From an uncultured virus (IMG/VR IMGVR_UViG_3300018041_000003) (Duplodnaviria > Heunggongvirae > Uroviricota > Caudoviricetes), in the IMG/VR virus record IMGVR_UViG_3300018041_000003: a stretch of DNA of 20,000 nucleotides, one strand, 5' to 3'. A program made the translations under genes and the position numbers. The notes under the pieces were generated by a model that worked only from the letters and a program-made list of their open reading frames with translations, searched no databases and was not told the origin of the DNA. Below, piece by piece: positions 8,385 to 16,646 of this stretch; position 1 is the first letter of the stretch; every line of letters starts with the position of its first letter.

Positions 8385-9482
8385 ATGGCTAGTAAAGCAT
8401 TTGACGTTTCTAAGTTTCGTAAAAACTTAACTAAATCTATTTCAGGCATGAGTGCAGGATTTAACGATCCTACTGATTGGATTAGTACAGGTAACTATGC
8501 ACTCAACTTCCTTATCTCAGGAGACTTTAACAAAGGTGTTCCACTAGGTAAGGTAACTGTTTTTGCAGGAGAATCTGGTGCAGGTAAATCATATATCTGT
8601 GCAGGTAACATTGTAAAGGCGGCACAAGATCAAGGCATCTTTGTAGTTCTAATTGACTCAGAGAACGCACTTGATGAAACATGGCTACAGGCTCTTGAAG
8701 TTGACACAAGTGAAGAAAAACTTCTTAAACTTAATATGTCAATGATTGATGATGTAGCAAAAACAATTTCAACATTTATGGCAGACTATAAAGAAATGCC
8801 GGATGAAGAACGTCCTAAAGTATTATTTGTTATTGATAGTTTAGGTATGTTGCTAACACCTACTGATGTTGATCAGTTTAACAAGGGTGATATGAAAGGT
8901 GATATGGGTCGTAAGCCTAAGGCATTGACTTCACTTGTTCGTAACACAGTTAATATGATTGGCTCACACAATGTTGGCTTGGTATGTACTAACCATACAT
9001 ACGCATCGCAAGATATGTTCGATCCAGATGATAAGATTTCAGGTGGACAAGGATTTATCTATGCATCTTCAATTGTTGTAGCAATGAAAAAACTAAAACT
9101 AAAAGAAGATGAAGATGGTAATAAAATTAGCGAAGTGCGTGGAATTAGAGCAGGTTGTAAAGTAATGAAAACACGTTACGCAAAACCGTTCGAAGGCGTA
9201 CAAGTTAAAATTCCATACGAAACTGGTATGAATCCTTACAGTGGACTTGTTGATCTTTTTGAGAAAAAAGGTATGCTTGTTAAAGATGGTAACAGACTTA
9301 AATATGTTACTACTACAGGCGAAGAAGTTAAAGAATATCGTAAAGTTTGGGAAGCCGGCGGCACTTTATTAGATCAAGTCATGAATGACTTTAGTAACCG
9401 TGAGGAAGAACTAATTACAGATGAAGAGGTTCAAATCGAACCTGATGAAACTGTAGTACAGGAACCAGTAACTGAGGAGTAA
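8385..9482 (+). CDS. uvsX: RecA-like recombinase UvsX
   Basis: ISTGNYALN..ISG, Walker A GESGAGKS, IDSENA, Walker B LFVIDSLG, TNHTY, ISGG.G..YASS, KTRYAKPF; AAGGAG SD. Confidence 0.95.
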   Translation: MASKAFDVSKFRKNLTKSISGMSAGFNDPTDWISTGNYALNFLISGDFNKGVPLGKVTVFAGESGAGKSYICAGNIVKAAQDQGIFVVLIDSENALDETWLQALEVDTSEEKLLKLNMSMIDDVAKTISTFMADYKEMPDEERPKVLFVIDSLGMLLTPTDVDQFNKGDMKGDMGRKPKALTSLVRNTVNMIGSHNVGLVCTNHTYASQDMFDPDDKISGGQGFIYASSIVVAMKKLKLKEDEDGNKISEVRGIRAGCKVMKTRYAKPFEGVQVKIPYETGMNPYSGLVDLFEKKGMLVKDGNRLKYVTTTGEEVKEYRKVWEAGGTLLDQVMNDFSNREEELITDEEVQIEPDETVVQEPVTEE

Positions 9483-9490
9483 TTTGTTTT

Positions 9491-9718
9491 ATGGATAGTT
9501 CACAAGTTGTAGATATATGGAATCTTTTTAAAGAGCATACAGATAAGAAACATCTCGAAACACTTGCTGAAAGGTTTGTTGATCTTTTAGCAGATTATGG
9601 TGTTGGTGATGATGCGCTTAAAGATGCCATTGGTAACTGCGATTTCCTTGATTCAGCAATTAACTATTATCTTGATATAGATGAAGAACTAGTTTCAGAC
9701 GATGATGATTGGGATTAA
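9491..9718 (+). CDS. small acidic hypothetical protein (75 aa)
   Basis: GAGGAG SD; fills the gap between uvsX and uvsY; acidic tail DDDDWD. Confidence 0.8.
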   Translation: MDSSQVVDIWNLFKEHTDKKHLETLAERFVDLLADYGVGDDALKDAIGNCDFLDSAINYYLDIDEELVSDDDDWD

Positions 9719-9720
9719 TA

Positions 9721-10173
9721 ATGTGGTATAGCAAAATATCAAAAGATATTAGCCATATTCCAGATGCTATATCATACTTCGAAGCAGAACTTATTGAAGC
9801 AAAAAAAGAAATCCGAATTTATGGAAATCTAGAGAAGGCCGCGGCAGAAATGCCCGGCCTTGTCGAGCATCGTTTTAATCAATTACAAGAACTTGAAGCA
9901 ATACTTGAGTATCTTAATATCGAACTTCGTAGACTTCGTAGTAGTTTTTTTAAAAAATATCTTGAAAACTATCAACGTGCATTAAGCAGTCGTGACGTTG
10001 AAAAATACGTTGACGGTGAGGCAGACGTTGTTGACTACGAAAAGATTATTAACGAGTTTGCTCTTATGCGTAATAAATGGTTAGGAATCTCGAAAGGACT
10101 TGATCAGAAGCAATGGCAGATTACAAACATTACTAAGTTACGTGTAGCGGGCATGGAAGATGCATCAATTTAA
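9721..10173 (+). CDS. uvsY: recombination mediator UvsY-like (start revised to ATG 9721)
   Basis: 150-aa helical protein with LSSRDVEKYVDGEAD and KGLDQKQWQITNITKLRVAG, matching the UvsY C-terminal pattern; downstream of uvsX. Confidence 0.8.
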   Translation: MWYSKISKDISHIPDAISYFEAELIEAKKEIRIYGNLEKAAAEMPGLVEHRFNQLQELEAILEYLNIELRRLRSSFFKKYLENYQRALSSRDVEKYVDGEADVVDYEKIINEFALMRNKWLGISKGLDQKQWQITNITKLRVAGMEDASI

Positions 10174-10708
10174 CAATGAACTAGATACCCTTATGTCCAA
10201 AGTTAAAAAAGGACAAATGGAAAGATCCGAATATGCTTACATTGCCGAAAGACTTGGAAATAAAAATTTATTAATATTTGGTACTGGACATGATTCTCAA
10301 TTTTGGAGACACGCTAATACCGGTACTACAATTTTTCTAGAACATGATCCGGAATGGGTACTAGAAAAAACTAAAGATGTATTCTTAATTGAATATACAT
10401 CAAACATAAAAGATTATCAAAAACTATTAGACGAATACAATTCTAATAACTTTTCTAACTTAGAAATTACCTTACCTTCTGTTGTTTATGAGCACGAATG
10501 GGACGTAATATTTGTTGACGGACCTCCAGGAAATAAAAAGAAAAGTATCGGACGTATGCAAAGTATCTATATGGCTAATAAATTAGCAAATAAGAATACT
10601 GATATATTTGTACATGATTGTAATCGTATTGTCGAAGACGTTTATACTAAGGCATTCTTTAACATACAAGAAGAATTAGTTAAACTTAGACACTGTAGGA
10701 AAAAATAA
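10160..10708 (+). CDS. SAM-dependent methyltransferase resembling DUF579/GXM-IRX15 polysaccharide O-methyltransferases
   Basis: NLLIFGTGHDS..W, TIFLEHD..W, LP..VYE.EWDVIFVDGP.G, GRMQSIY.A, TDIFVHDCNR.VE...KAF and LRH are colinear with the DUF579 motifs as recalled. Confidence 0.8.
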   Translation: MHQFNNELDTLMSKVKKGQMERSEYAYIAERLGNKNLLIFGTGHDSQFWRHANTGTTIFLEHDPEWVLEKTKDVFLIEYTSNIKDYQKLLDEYNSNNFSNLEITLPSVVYEHEWDVIFVDGPPGNKKKSIGRMQSIYMANKLANKNTDIFVHDCNRIVEDVYTKAFFNIQEELVKLRHCRKK

Positions 10709-11448
10709 TGAATCGTATAATTTCTTTTGATCCTCGAGATCTAACATTTATTACAACTGCTAATAACTTATATGTTAATTTCGTAGAACCGTTTATATAC
10801 TTTTGTAAAACTAGTAATCCTGGTTGTAAGATTGAAATTTGGGTTGATGACTTAAATGCAGTATCAAAAATAAATGATCCAGATGTTAGAATTCATCAAT
10901 TACCAAACACTTATCATGTTGCAACATATAGATACATTTTAACACCAACTTGGGAAACTAAGTATTACTATATTACTGATGTAGATATAATGCATACTGA
11001 ATTTGTTCAACCATTTCATTTAATGCTTATGCAAGAATCTGGGTTGCCATTTAGTAATATTATACGCAACAAAAAAGGTCAACATAATCGTATGAGTGGT
11101 TTACATTTTGTAAAATCTCAATGGTACGAAGATACAAAAAATATAAGACCGCGAATTGAACCTAAAGGACAAGACGAAGAAATGTTATATCAGATTGCAA
11201 ATAGCATTTATGATTTAGGAAAAGTTACTAAAGGTTTATCTAATAGACCTGTACAAGGAATTCATTGTTCGGTAGGACGTAATCCTAGAGATAAACAATC
11301 GTGGGAACTTACATCACAACGATCGGCTTATTTTGTTGATGCAATTTTAAAACATGGAACATTTAATCCATGGTTTGAAGAAAAAGTATGTAGGCCAATA
11401 ATAGGCGAAGATACATTTGATAAAATGAGAAAACGTAGACGGATATGA
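10708..11448 (+). CDS. putative GT-A fold glycosyltransferase-like protein
   Basis: YYYITDVDI DxD motif after a hydrophobic strand, RMSGLHFV, DEEMLY; TAATG coupling. Confidence 0.55.
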   Translation: MNRIISFDPRDLTFITTANNLYVNFVEPFIYFCKTSNPGCKIEIWVDDLNAVSKINDPDVRIHQLPNTYHVATYRYILTPTWETKYYYITDVDIMHTEFVQPFHLMLMQESGLPFSNIIRNKKGQHNRMSGLHFVKSQWYEDTKNIRPRIEPKGQDEEMLYQIANSIYDLGKVTKGLSNRPVQGIHCSVGRNPRDKQSWELTSQRSAYFVDAILKHGTFNPWFEEKVCRPIIGEDTFDKMRKRRRI

Positions 11449-12056
11449 AGTTCAACATTGTAGTTGCTAGTGACATTAATTTAAAACGGTTTATTAATCC
11501 TTGCATTGACAGTATTAAGAAAATAGGATATGATCCAATGGTGTATGATCTTGGCGGACTAGGATATGGTAAGCCTTTTGAAAGTACAACTAGCGATAAA
11601 GCACTTCAGAAATTTCCTAAAAAGCCATTTGTTATTAAAGATGCATTACAACGTATTCCAAAAGATAGTTGGCTTGCATGGATTGATATTGATTGCATTA
11701 TGCAACACCCTATAGACGATGCTATTGGGGAGTATGACGTAGGAGTAACCTTTAGAAAAAATCATTTAAACTCTGGTGTAAATTTTTGGAAACACAACAG
11801 TAGAGCATTACACTTTCTAGATGTTTGGAGTAAAGAAGCATTACTAGTAGGTGGTGATCAAAACGGTCTTAATAGGATATGTAAAATTACATCTGGTTCA
11901 AGTGTTAACACTATACTTGATATTGAAGGTGCTAAAGTAAAAGTTTTTGATTCAAGAGTTTATAATAATTTCTTTTTCAAGAAAGATCAAAGTAACGCAA
12001 GAATACTACATTACAAAAGTAAGTTTAGAAATAGGTTTCCCTTTGATGAAGTATGA
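11445..12056 (+). CDS. putative nucleotide-diphospho-sugar transferase (GT-A; GT77/GT34-like)
   Basis: YDLGG, KKPFVIKDAL, LAWIDID (DxD), LNSGVNFW, GDQNGLN, YNNF, ILHYK; ATGA coupling. Confidence 0.72.
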   Translation: MKFNIVVASDINLKRFINPCIDSIKKIGYDPMVYDLGGLGYGKPFESTTSDKALQKFPKKPFVIKDALQRIPKDSWLAWIDIDCIMQHPIDDAIGEYDVGVTFRKNHLNSGVNFWKHNSRALHFLDVWSKEALLVGGDQNGLNRICKITSGSSVNTILDIEGAKVKVFDSRVYNNFFFKKDQSNARILHYKSKFRNRFPFDEV

Positions 12057-12630
12057 TTTTATAGAAATAGGAACTAGTAATTTTCATACATTGATTGAAA
12101 ATGCTAATAATGAAATTGGTATTTCGATCGAACCTATGAAAAAATATCTAGATCAGTTGCCAACTCCAAGTAATGTTATTAAGTTAAATTGTGCAATTAG
12201 TTTTGACGGTAGTAATAATTTGATTGATTTTTACTATATTGATCCTGATACTATTAAGCACCTCAACTTAAAACCTTTTATGAAAGGGTGTAACTCAATA
12301 GGAAACTATCATCCTATGCACATAAAATATAATGTACAAGAACACGTAACTATAGACAAGGTAGAACAACGTTCTTTAAAATCTGTTCTTGAAGAATATA
12401 ATGTTACCGAATTAGATTACTTAAAAATTGATACAGAAGGTGGCGACTGTAAAATCATGCAACAACTATATAACATTAAATTCAAACCAAAAAAAATTAA
12501 GTTTGAAACAAACAGTCTAGCAAACCCAGATGATGTTGCACATATACTAGATATATTTTCTAAAATTGGCTATGATATTAGTTGGGATAATAAAGCCAAA
12601 CGAGACACTATCTTAACATTGCATAGTTAA
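12046..12630 (+). CDS. FkbM-family SAM-dependent methyltransferase (start revised to ATG 12046)
   Basis: DFIEIGT, GISIEP, LNCAIS, LDYLKIDTEGGDCKIM, IKFE motifs. Confidence 0.85.
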   Translation: MKYDFIEIGTSNFHTLIENANNEIGISIEPMKKYLDQLPTPSNVIKLNCAISFDGSNNLIDFYYIDPDTIKHLNLKPFMKGCNSIGNYHPMHIKYNVQEHVTIDKVEQRSLKSVLEEYNVTELDYLKIDTEGGDCKIMQQLYNIKFKPKKIKFETNSLANPDDVAHILDIFSKIGYDISWDNKAKRDTILTLHS

Positions 12631-12633
12631 ATA
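12628..12633 (+). promoter_or_regulatory. late promoter box TAAATA, 6 nt before ATG 12640
   Basis: TTAAATA-TTGCTG-ATG overlapping the previous stop codon; no SD. Confidence 0.55.
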
Positions 12634-12639
12634 TTGCTG

Positions 12640-13386
12640 ATGAAACAGCAACTGATTAACCATATATTAGATAAATTCCCTGAAACATACGAACTGCAAA
12701 AGCAGTATAGAAGTCATCCTGACTACAGTTTATTAACATTAGAAAACTTTATTCCTCAAGATTTAGTTACACTAATGGCTAAAGAACTTGACGATATTCC
12801 ATTAGAAGACTGTAAGCATTTTACAAGAGCAGGATCGTGTATGTATGAATTTAACAATGTAGATCGTACACCTGTACAAGACGCTGTTGTACACGCACTA
12901 CACAGTGGTACATTTATTAAATGGTTACAAGAAGTTACAGACACAGTTGATTTAATTCCTGATCCGCATCTCATTGGTGCAGGATATATGAAATCATTTA
13001 CTGGCGATAGTTTAAAAGTTCACTCAGATTTTAACTGGAATGAACAACTTAGACTGCATCGTATGTTAAGTGTAGTAATATATCTCAATGATGAATGGCA
13101 AGATGATTGGGGAGGACAGTTGCAGTTTTATGATACAAAAAGACAAAAGGTACATACTAAAGTACCAGTAGGACCAGGCAACTGTGTAATATGGAACTAC
13201 AATAATTTTGCATTCCATGGTTACCCAGAACCAATGACTTGTCCCGAAGGTGTAAGCAGAAAGGGTATTAGGTTTTTCTATTACGTCAGTAATGCCAAGC
13301 ATGATGACAAACATCCACCACATCGTAGTTTATATTGGTATGATGAAAAAACAGGAACGCCATACGATCAGCCATGGAACAAATAA
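12640..13386 (+). CDS. 2OG-Fe(II) oxygenase (prolyl-hydroxylase-like)
   Basis: PDPHLIGAG, HSD (HxD), IYLNDEWQDDWGGQLQF, distal FHG and the 2OG-binding R in SRKGIRFFYY. Confidence 0.9.
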   Translation: MKQQLINHILDKFPETYELQKQYRSHPDYSLLTLENFIPQDLVTLMAKELDDIPLEDCKHFTRAGSCMYEFNNVDRTPVQDAVVHALHSGTFIKWLQEVTDTVDLIPDPHLIGAGYMKSFTGDSLKVHSDFNWNEQLRLHRMLSVVIYLNDEWQDDWGGQLQFYDTKRQKVHTKVPVGPGNCVIWNYNNFAFHGYPEPMTCPEGVSRKGIRFFYYVSNAKHDDKHPPHRSLYWYDEKTGTPYDQPWNK

Positions 13387-13892
13387 ACATTACATTACCT
13401 GAATTAAATTATATACGTTTGCCATATAGAGCAATGGATAACGTTTCAGTTCAGGGTAGAGCAACTGCATTTGAAAGTCAAAACAAACGATATCATCTTG
13501 CTGGATTTACAAAAGAAAACACAAAGTATGAACAATGTTTTCCTGTAACAGATGATTACGTACAGTTTGGTGCTACACTTTTTGATAGATGCACTGTAGC
13601 AGTAATGAAACAGATGCCTGGACAAACACTACCAAGTCATGTAGACACATTTTACAAAATTTCAAACGATTACAGTGTAGACCCGAAAGACTGTATTCGT
13701 GTAAACATCTTCCTTGAAGATTGGAAATCGGGTCATTATTTTGAAATAAATGAAAATCCGGTCTTGCAATGGAAGCGTGGTGATGCTATAATAATAGAAA
13801 AAGATGAACCGCATTTGAGTGCTAACAATGGTATGGTGCCTAAGTACACTATGCAAGTAACTGGAGTAAAAAATGAATTTAAGGGGTGCTAA
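13374..13892 (+). CDS. cupin / Fe(II)-2OG oxygenase-like protein (Asp/Asn beta-hydroxylase-like)
   Basis: MPGQTLPSHVD (HxD), RVNIFLEDWKSGH, WKRGD, PHLSANNG, KYTMQVTG. Confidence 0.72.
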   Translation: MEQINITLPELNYIRLPYRAMDNVSVQGRATAFESQNKRYHLAGFTKENTKYEQCFPVTDDYVQFGATLFDRCTVAVMKQMPGQTLPSHVDTFYKISNDYSVDPKDCIRVNIFLEDWKSGHYFEINENPVLQWKRGDAIIIEKDEPHLSANNGMVPKYTMQVTGVKNEFKGC

Positions 13893-14745
13893 ACCTGTAC
13901 CTGATAATAAGGTAAAACAGTTTATTGAAAGTTTAAATCCTGTAAAAGATTTATACAATCCAAAACTTCCACAAGAATTTAAGTACGAATTTGTAGATTG
14001 GATTTTATCAAGCGAATTTAATTTTATTAAAGGTATTGAAGAGTTTCCAGACATTACACTATGTAACGGAACTGTGCAAGCATTTGATCATTTCCATTAT
14101 AGGCACAAAGAAAAACGTTTTAGATTTTTTAAAGGCGAGTTTATGTATCATCAGGCTTGTCTAAAAAACGGAAGTCAATTTGAATGGATTAATGATAAAC
14201 CATTAATGGAAGGTGATGCACTTATACTAAGTGTCCCTTTCAGTGATAGAGGTATTCAACACCCTGCAACAGATATGTTGTTGTTAAATGCAGAACAGTT
14301 TAATATTCCTGTACTACTTGATTTTGCTTATTATCCTTGTACAAAAAATATTAATTTAAATCTTAGCAACTACCCAGCAGTAGAAACGATTACATTTAGT
14401 ATTAGTAAAGCATTCTACGGTGCAGAGTTTTTAAGAGTAGGTGTTCGTCTTGAACGTGCAAACACAGACGACGGCATTGATGTATTCAATTCTGTTGATA
14501 TGCACAATAGGATAGATTTAAGTATAGCAAGTAGTTTAATTAAAACCTTTCCGGTTGATTGGAACTGGAAAACATACACTGATGTATACAATCAAGTTTG
14601 TGAAGAAAAGAATCTTCAACTAACAGATTGTATTATGTTTGGTCTTGGCGGAGATGAGTACAAAGAGTATAATCGAGGCGGAGAAGTCAATCGTGTTTGC
14701 ATTAGTGATTTAATAGGAGAGAAAGTAAATGACAATAGTAAGTAG
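13873..14745 (+). CDS. PLP-dependent fold-type I enzyme (aminotransferase/decarboxylase-like)
   Basis: GTVQAF, SVPF, PVLLDFAY (PLP-binding Asp), FSISKAF (Schiff-base Lys), LRVG; GGAG SD. Confidence 0.75.
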   Translation: MNLRGAKPVPDNKVKQFIESLNPVKDLYNPKLPQEFKYEFVDWILSSEFNFIKGIEEFPDITLCNGTVQAFDHFHYRHKEKRFRFFKGEFMYHQACLKNGSQFEWINDKPLMEGDALILSVPFSDRGIQHPATDMLLLNAEQFNIPVLLDFAYYPCTKNINLNLSNYPAVETITFSISKAFYGAEFLRVGVRLERANTDDGIDVFNSVDMHNRIDLSIASSLIKTFPVDWNWKTYTDVYNQVCEEKNLQLTDCIMFGLGGDEYKEYNRGGEVNRVCISDLIGEKVNDNSK

Positions 14746-15790
14746 TCATAATGATTGGGATCCGTTAGAGGAAGTATTTGTAGGTATTGCAGATCATGCA
14801 CGTATTCCTACAGTGGATAAATCAACACACAGTTTCGGATTTGCTGATTGTAAATGGGAACACATTAAGGATCTTGAAGGACCTAGTCCAGAATGGGTAA
14901 TTAATGAAGCAAACGAGGATTTAGACAATTTTGCAAAAGTATTATCTGATTTAGGTGTTAAAGTAAGACGCCCCGAATCAATTGACCATTCAAAGGAGTT
15001 TGGCTCTCCTGACTGGAAAACAACAGGGTGGTACACGTATTGTCCGCGTGATTTATTGTTGCCTTTAGATAATCTTATTATTGATTGTCCCGGCGCAATG
15101 AGAGCAAGGCAGTACGAAACAACTGCGTACAGAGAATTTTTGTATGAAGCAATGCAAGGCGGTAGTGAATGGATTAGTGCACCACGTCCAAGACTACTTG
15201 ATGAAAGTTATCAGTTAGAGGATTTAAGTATTCCAACACTTGTAAACAAAGAGATTGTTTTTGACGCACCTAACATTGTACGCCTTGGTAAAGATTTATT
15301 GTATCAAGTAAGCAACAGTGGAACTAAATTAGGTTACGAATGGCTTAAAACTATTGTTGAACCAAGAGGTTATAAGTTGCATCTTGCTGAAGGCTTTTAT
15401 AGTTATTCACACTTTGACTCAACTGTTATTCCTTTACGTCCGGGATTAGTATTGTTTAATGGTGATAGAATTAGACCAGACTTTTATCCTAAAATCTTTG
15501 AGTCATGGGACAAAATTTATTTCCCAGGTGATAAAGTAATCGACATTGGTACAAACTTACCAAATGGTGTATCACCTTGTAGTAAGTATATCGGTTTGAA
15601 CTTTATGAGTGTAAATGAAAACTTGGTAATCTGTGATGAGAATCAAGAAGAACTACGTAAAGAGTTAGACAAACACGGTATTGAAACTATCGGATTGCCT
15701 ATGCGTCAAGCACGTACACTAAGTGGCGGCTTCCATTGTGTTACTTTAGATACTAAACGTAAAGGCACATTGGAAAGTTACTTTGACTAA
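14729..15790 (+). CDS. amidinotransferase (StrB1 inosamine-phosphate / glycine amidinotransferase family)
   Basis: SHNDWDPLEEVFVG, GVKVRRP, YCPRD, catalytic Asp in FDAPN, His in SHFDST and Cys in GGFHCVTLD; AGGAG SD. Confidence 0.93.
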   Translation: MTIVSSHNDWDPLEEVFVGIADHARIPTVDKSTHSFGFADCKWEHIKDLEGPSPEWVINEANEDLDNFAKVLSDLGVKVRRPESIDHSKEFGSPDWKTTGWYTYCPRDLLLPLDNLIIDCPGAMRARQYETTAYREFLYEAMQGGSEWISAPRPRLLDESYQLEDLSIPTLVNKEIVFDAPNIVRLGKDLLYQVSNSGTKLGYEWLKTIVEPRGYKLHLAEGFYSYSHFDSTVIPLRPGLVLFNGDRIRPDFYPKIFESWDKIYFPGDKVIDIGTNLPNGVSPCSKYIGLNFMSVNENLVICDENQEELRKELDKHGIETIGLPMRQARTLSGGFHCVTLDTKRKGTLESYFD

Positions 15791-16646
15791 ACGCGGACAC
15801 CATATACCCAATCTTGAATATATGATCACAACCAGTTGCGATCTGGCTTGTCCAGGTTGTGACCGGTTTATTGATCACGGACATCCGTTTGTAGAGTCGT
15901 ATGAAGACATAGTTGCTAATATGGAAAAATGGTTCTGTCGATTAGATCCAGACCACATAACTATTATTGGTGGCGAACCTCTTCTTCATCCACGGATTTA
16001 TGATATCCTAAAAGAAGCAAGAAGGATATTTGATCATGCAACTATTGAAGTATACACAAATGGATTTTTATTACCTAAAAGGCCCGATATACTTAAGGTA
16101 TTAAAAAAAATTGGTCGTGCAAAAATTAGTTGTAGTATACACAATAAAAATCCAGAAGTAAGAAAATTAATTGAAAAAAATTTATGGGATTCGTTTTATA
16201 GTAAAGGACAATGGTCAATAGTAAGTCCTATTGCTCATAAACAAGACGGAGTAACTGTTGAAGTAACTGATCCTACCGAAGGTGGTTGGTATGATTATCG
16301 ACGCAATGTAAATGGCAAACTTAAACCTTGGAACGATCAACAGCCTTCTAAGAGTTACAGCAAGTGTGGTGTTTCTACATATCCTATTATCTATAAAGGT
16401 AAGTTATACAAGTGCCCACCTATTAGTATGTTAAAGACACACCTTGAAAAATTTGATATGTTAGACGATCCTGATTGGAAACCATATTTAAACTACAAAG
16501 GATTAGATGTAGAGTGTGATGACGAGGTATTAGAAGCATTTGTAAAAAATATCTTCCATCCACATCAAATTTGTTCTATGTGTCCTGCTAATCCAGAACT
16601 AAAACCGCAGGAAGAAGCAGTAATTAAAAACGTGAAAATACTATGA
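15783..16646 (+). CDS. radical SAM enzyme with C-terminal twitch/SPASM-like cysteines (TTG start; alternative ATG 15822)
   Basis: CDLACPGC (CxxxCxxC), IIGGEPLLHP, VYTNG, C...GKLYKCP, ICSMCP. Confidence 0.9.
   Translation: MTKRGHHIPNLEYMITTSCDLACPGCDRFIDHGHPFVESYEDIVANMEKWFCRLDPDHITIIGGEPLLHPRIYDILKEARRIFDHATIEVYTNGFLLPKRPDILKVLKKIGRAKISCSIHNKNPEVRKLIEKNLWDSFYSKGQWSIVSPIAHKQDGVTVEVTDPTEGGWYDYRRNVNGKLKPWNDQQPSKSYSKCGVSTYPIIYKGKLYKCPPISMLKTHLEKFDMLDDPDWKPYLNYKGLDVECDDEVLEAFVKNIFHPHQICSMCPANPELKPQEEAVIKNVKIL

Noticed and set aside
895..8709. Short alternative-frame and antisense ORFs in the track (e.g. 895-1122, 2012-2230, 4044-4361, 5373-5726, 6378-6692, 8527-8709)
   Set aside because: They lie within or almost within well-supported genes, often have the Ser/Phe/Leu-rich composition typical of antisense shadows, and show no motifs
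2845..9482. Possible intein or intron in terL or uvsX
   Set aside because: Both have ordinary lengths and contiguous motifs; no splicing or homing endonuclease signatures seen
11947..12045. 33-aa N-terminal extension of the FkbM ORF
   Set aside because: It overlaps the upstream GT by about 100 bp; the domain begins at MKYDFIEIG (12046)
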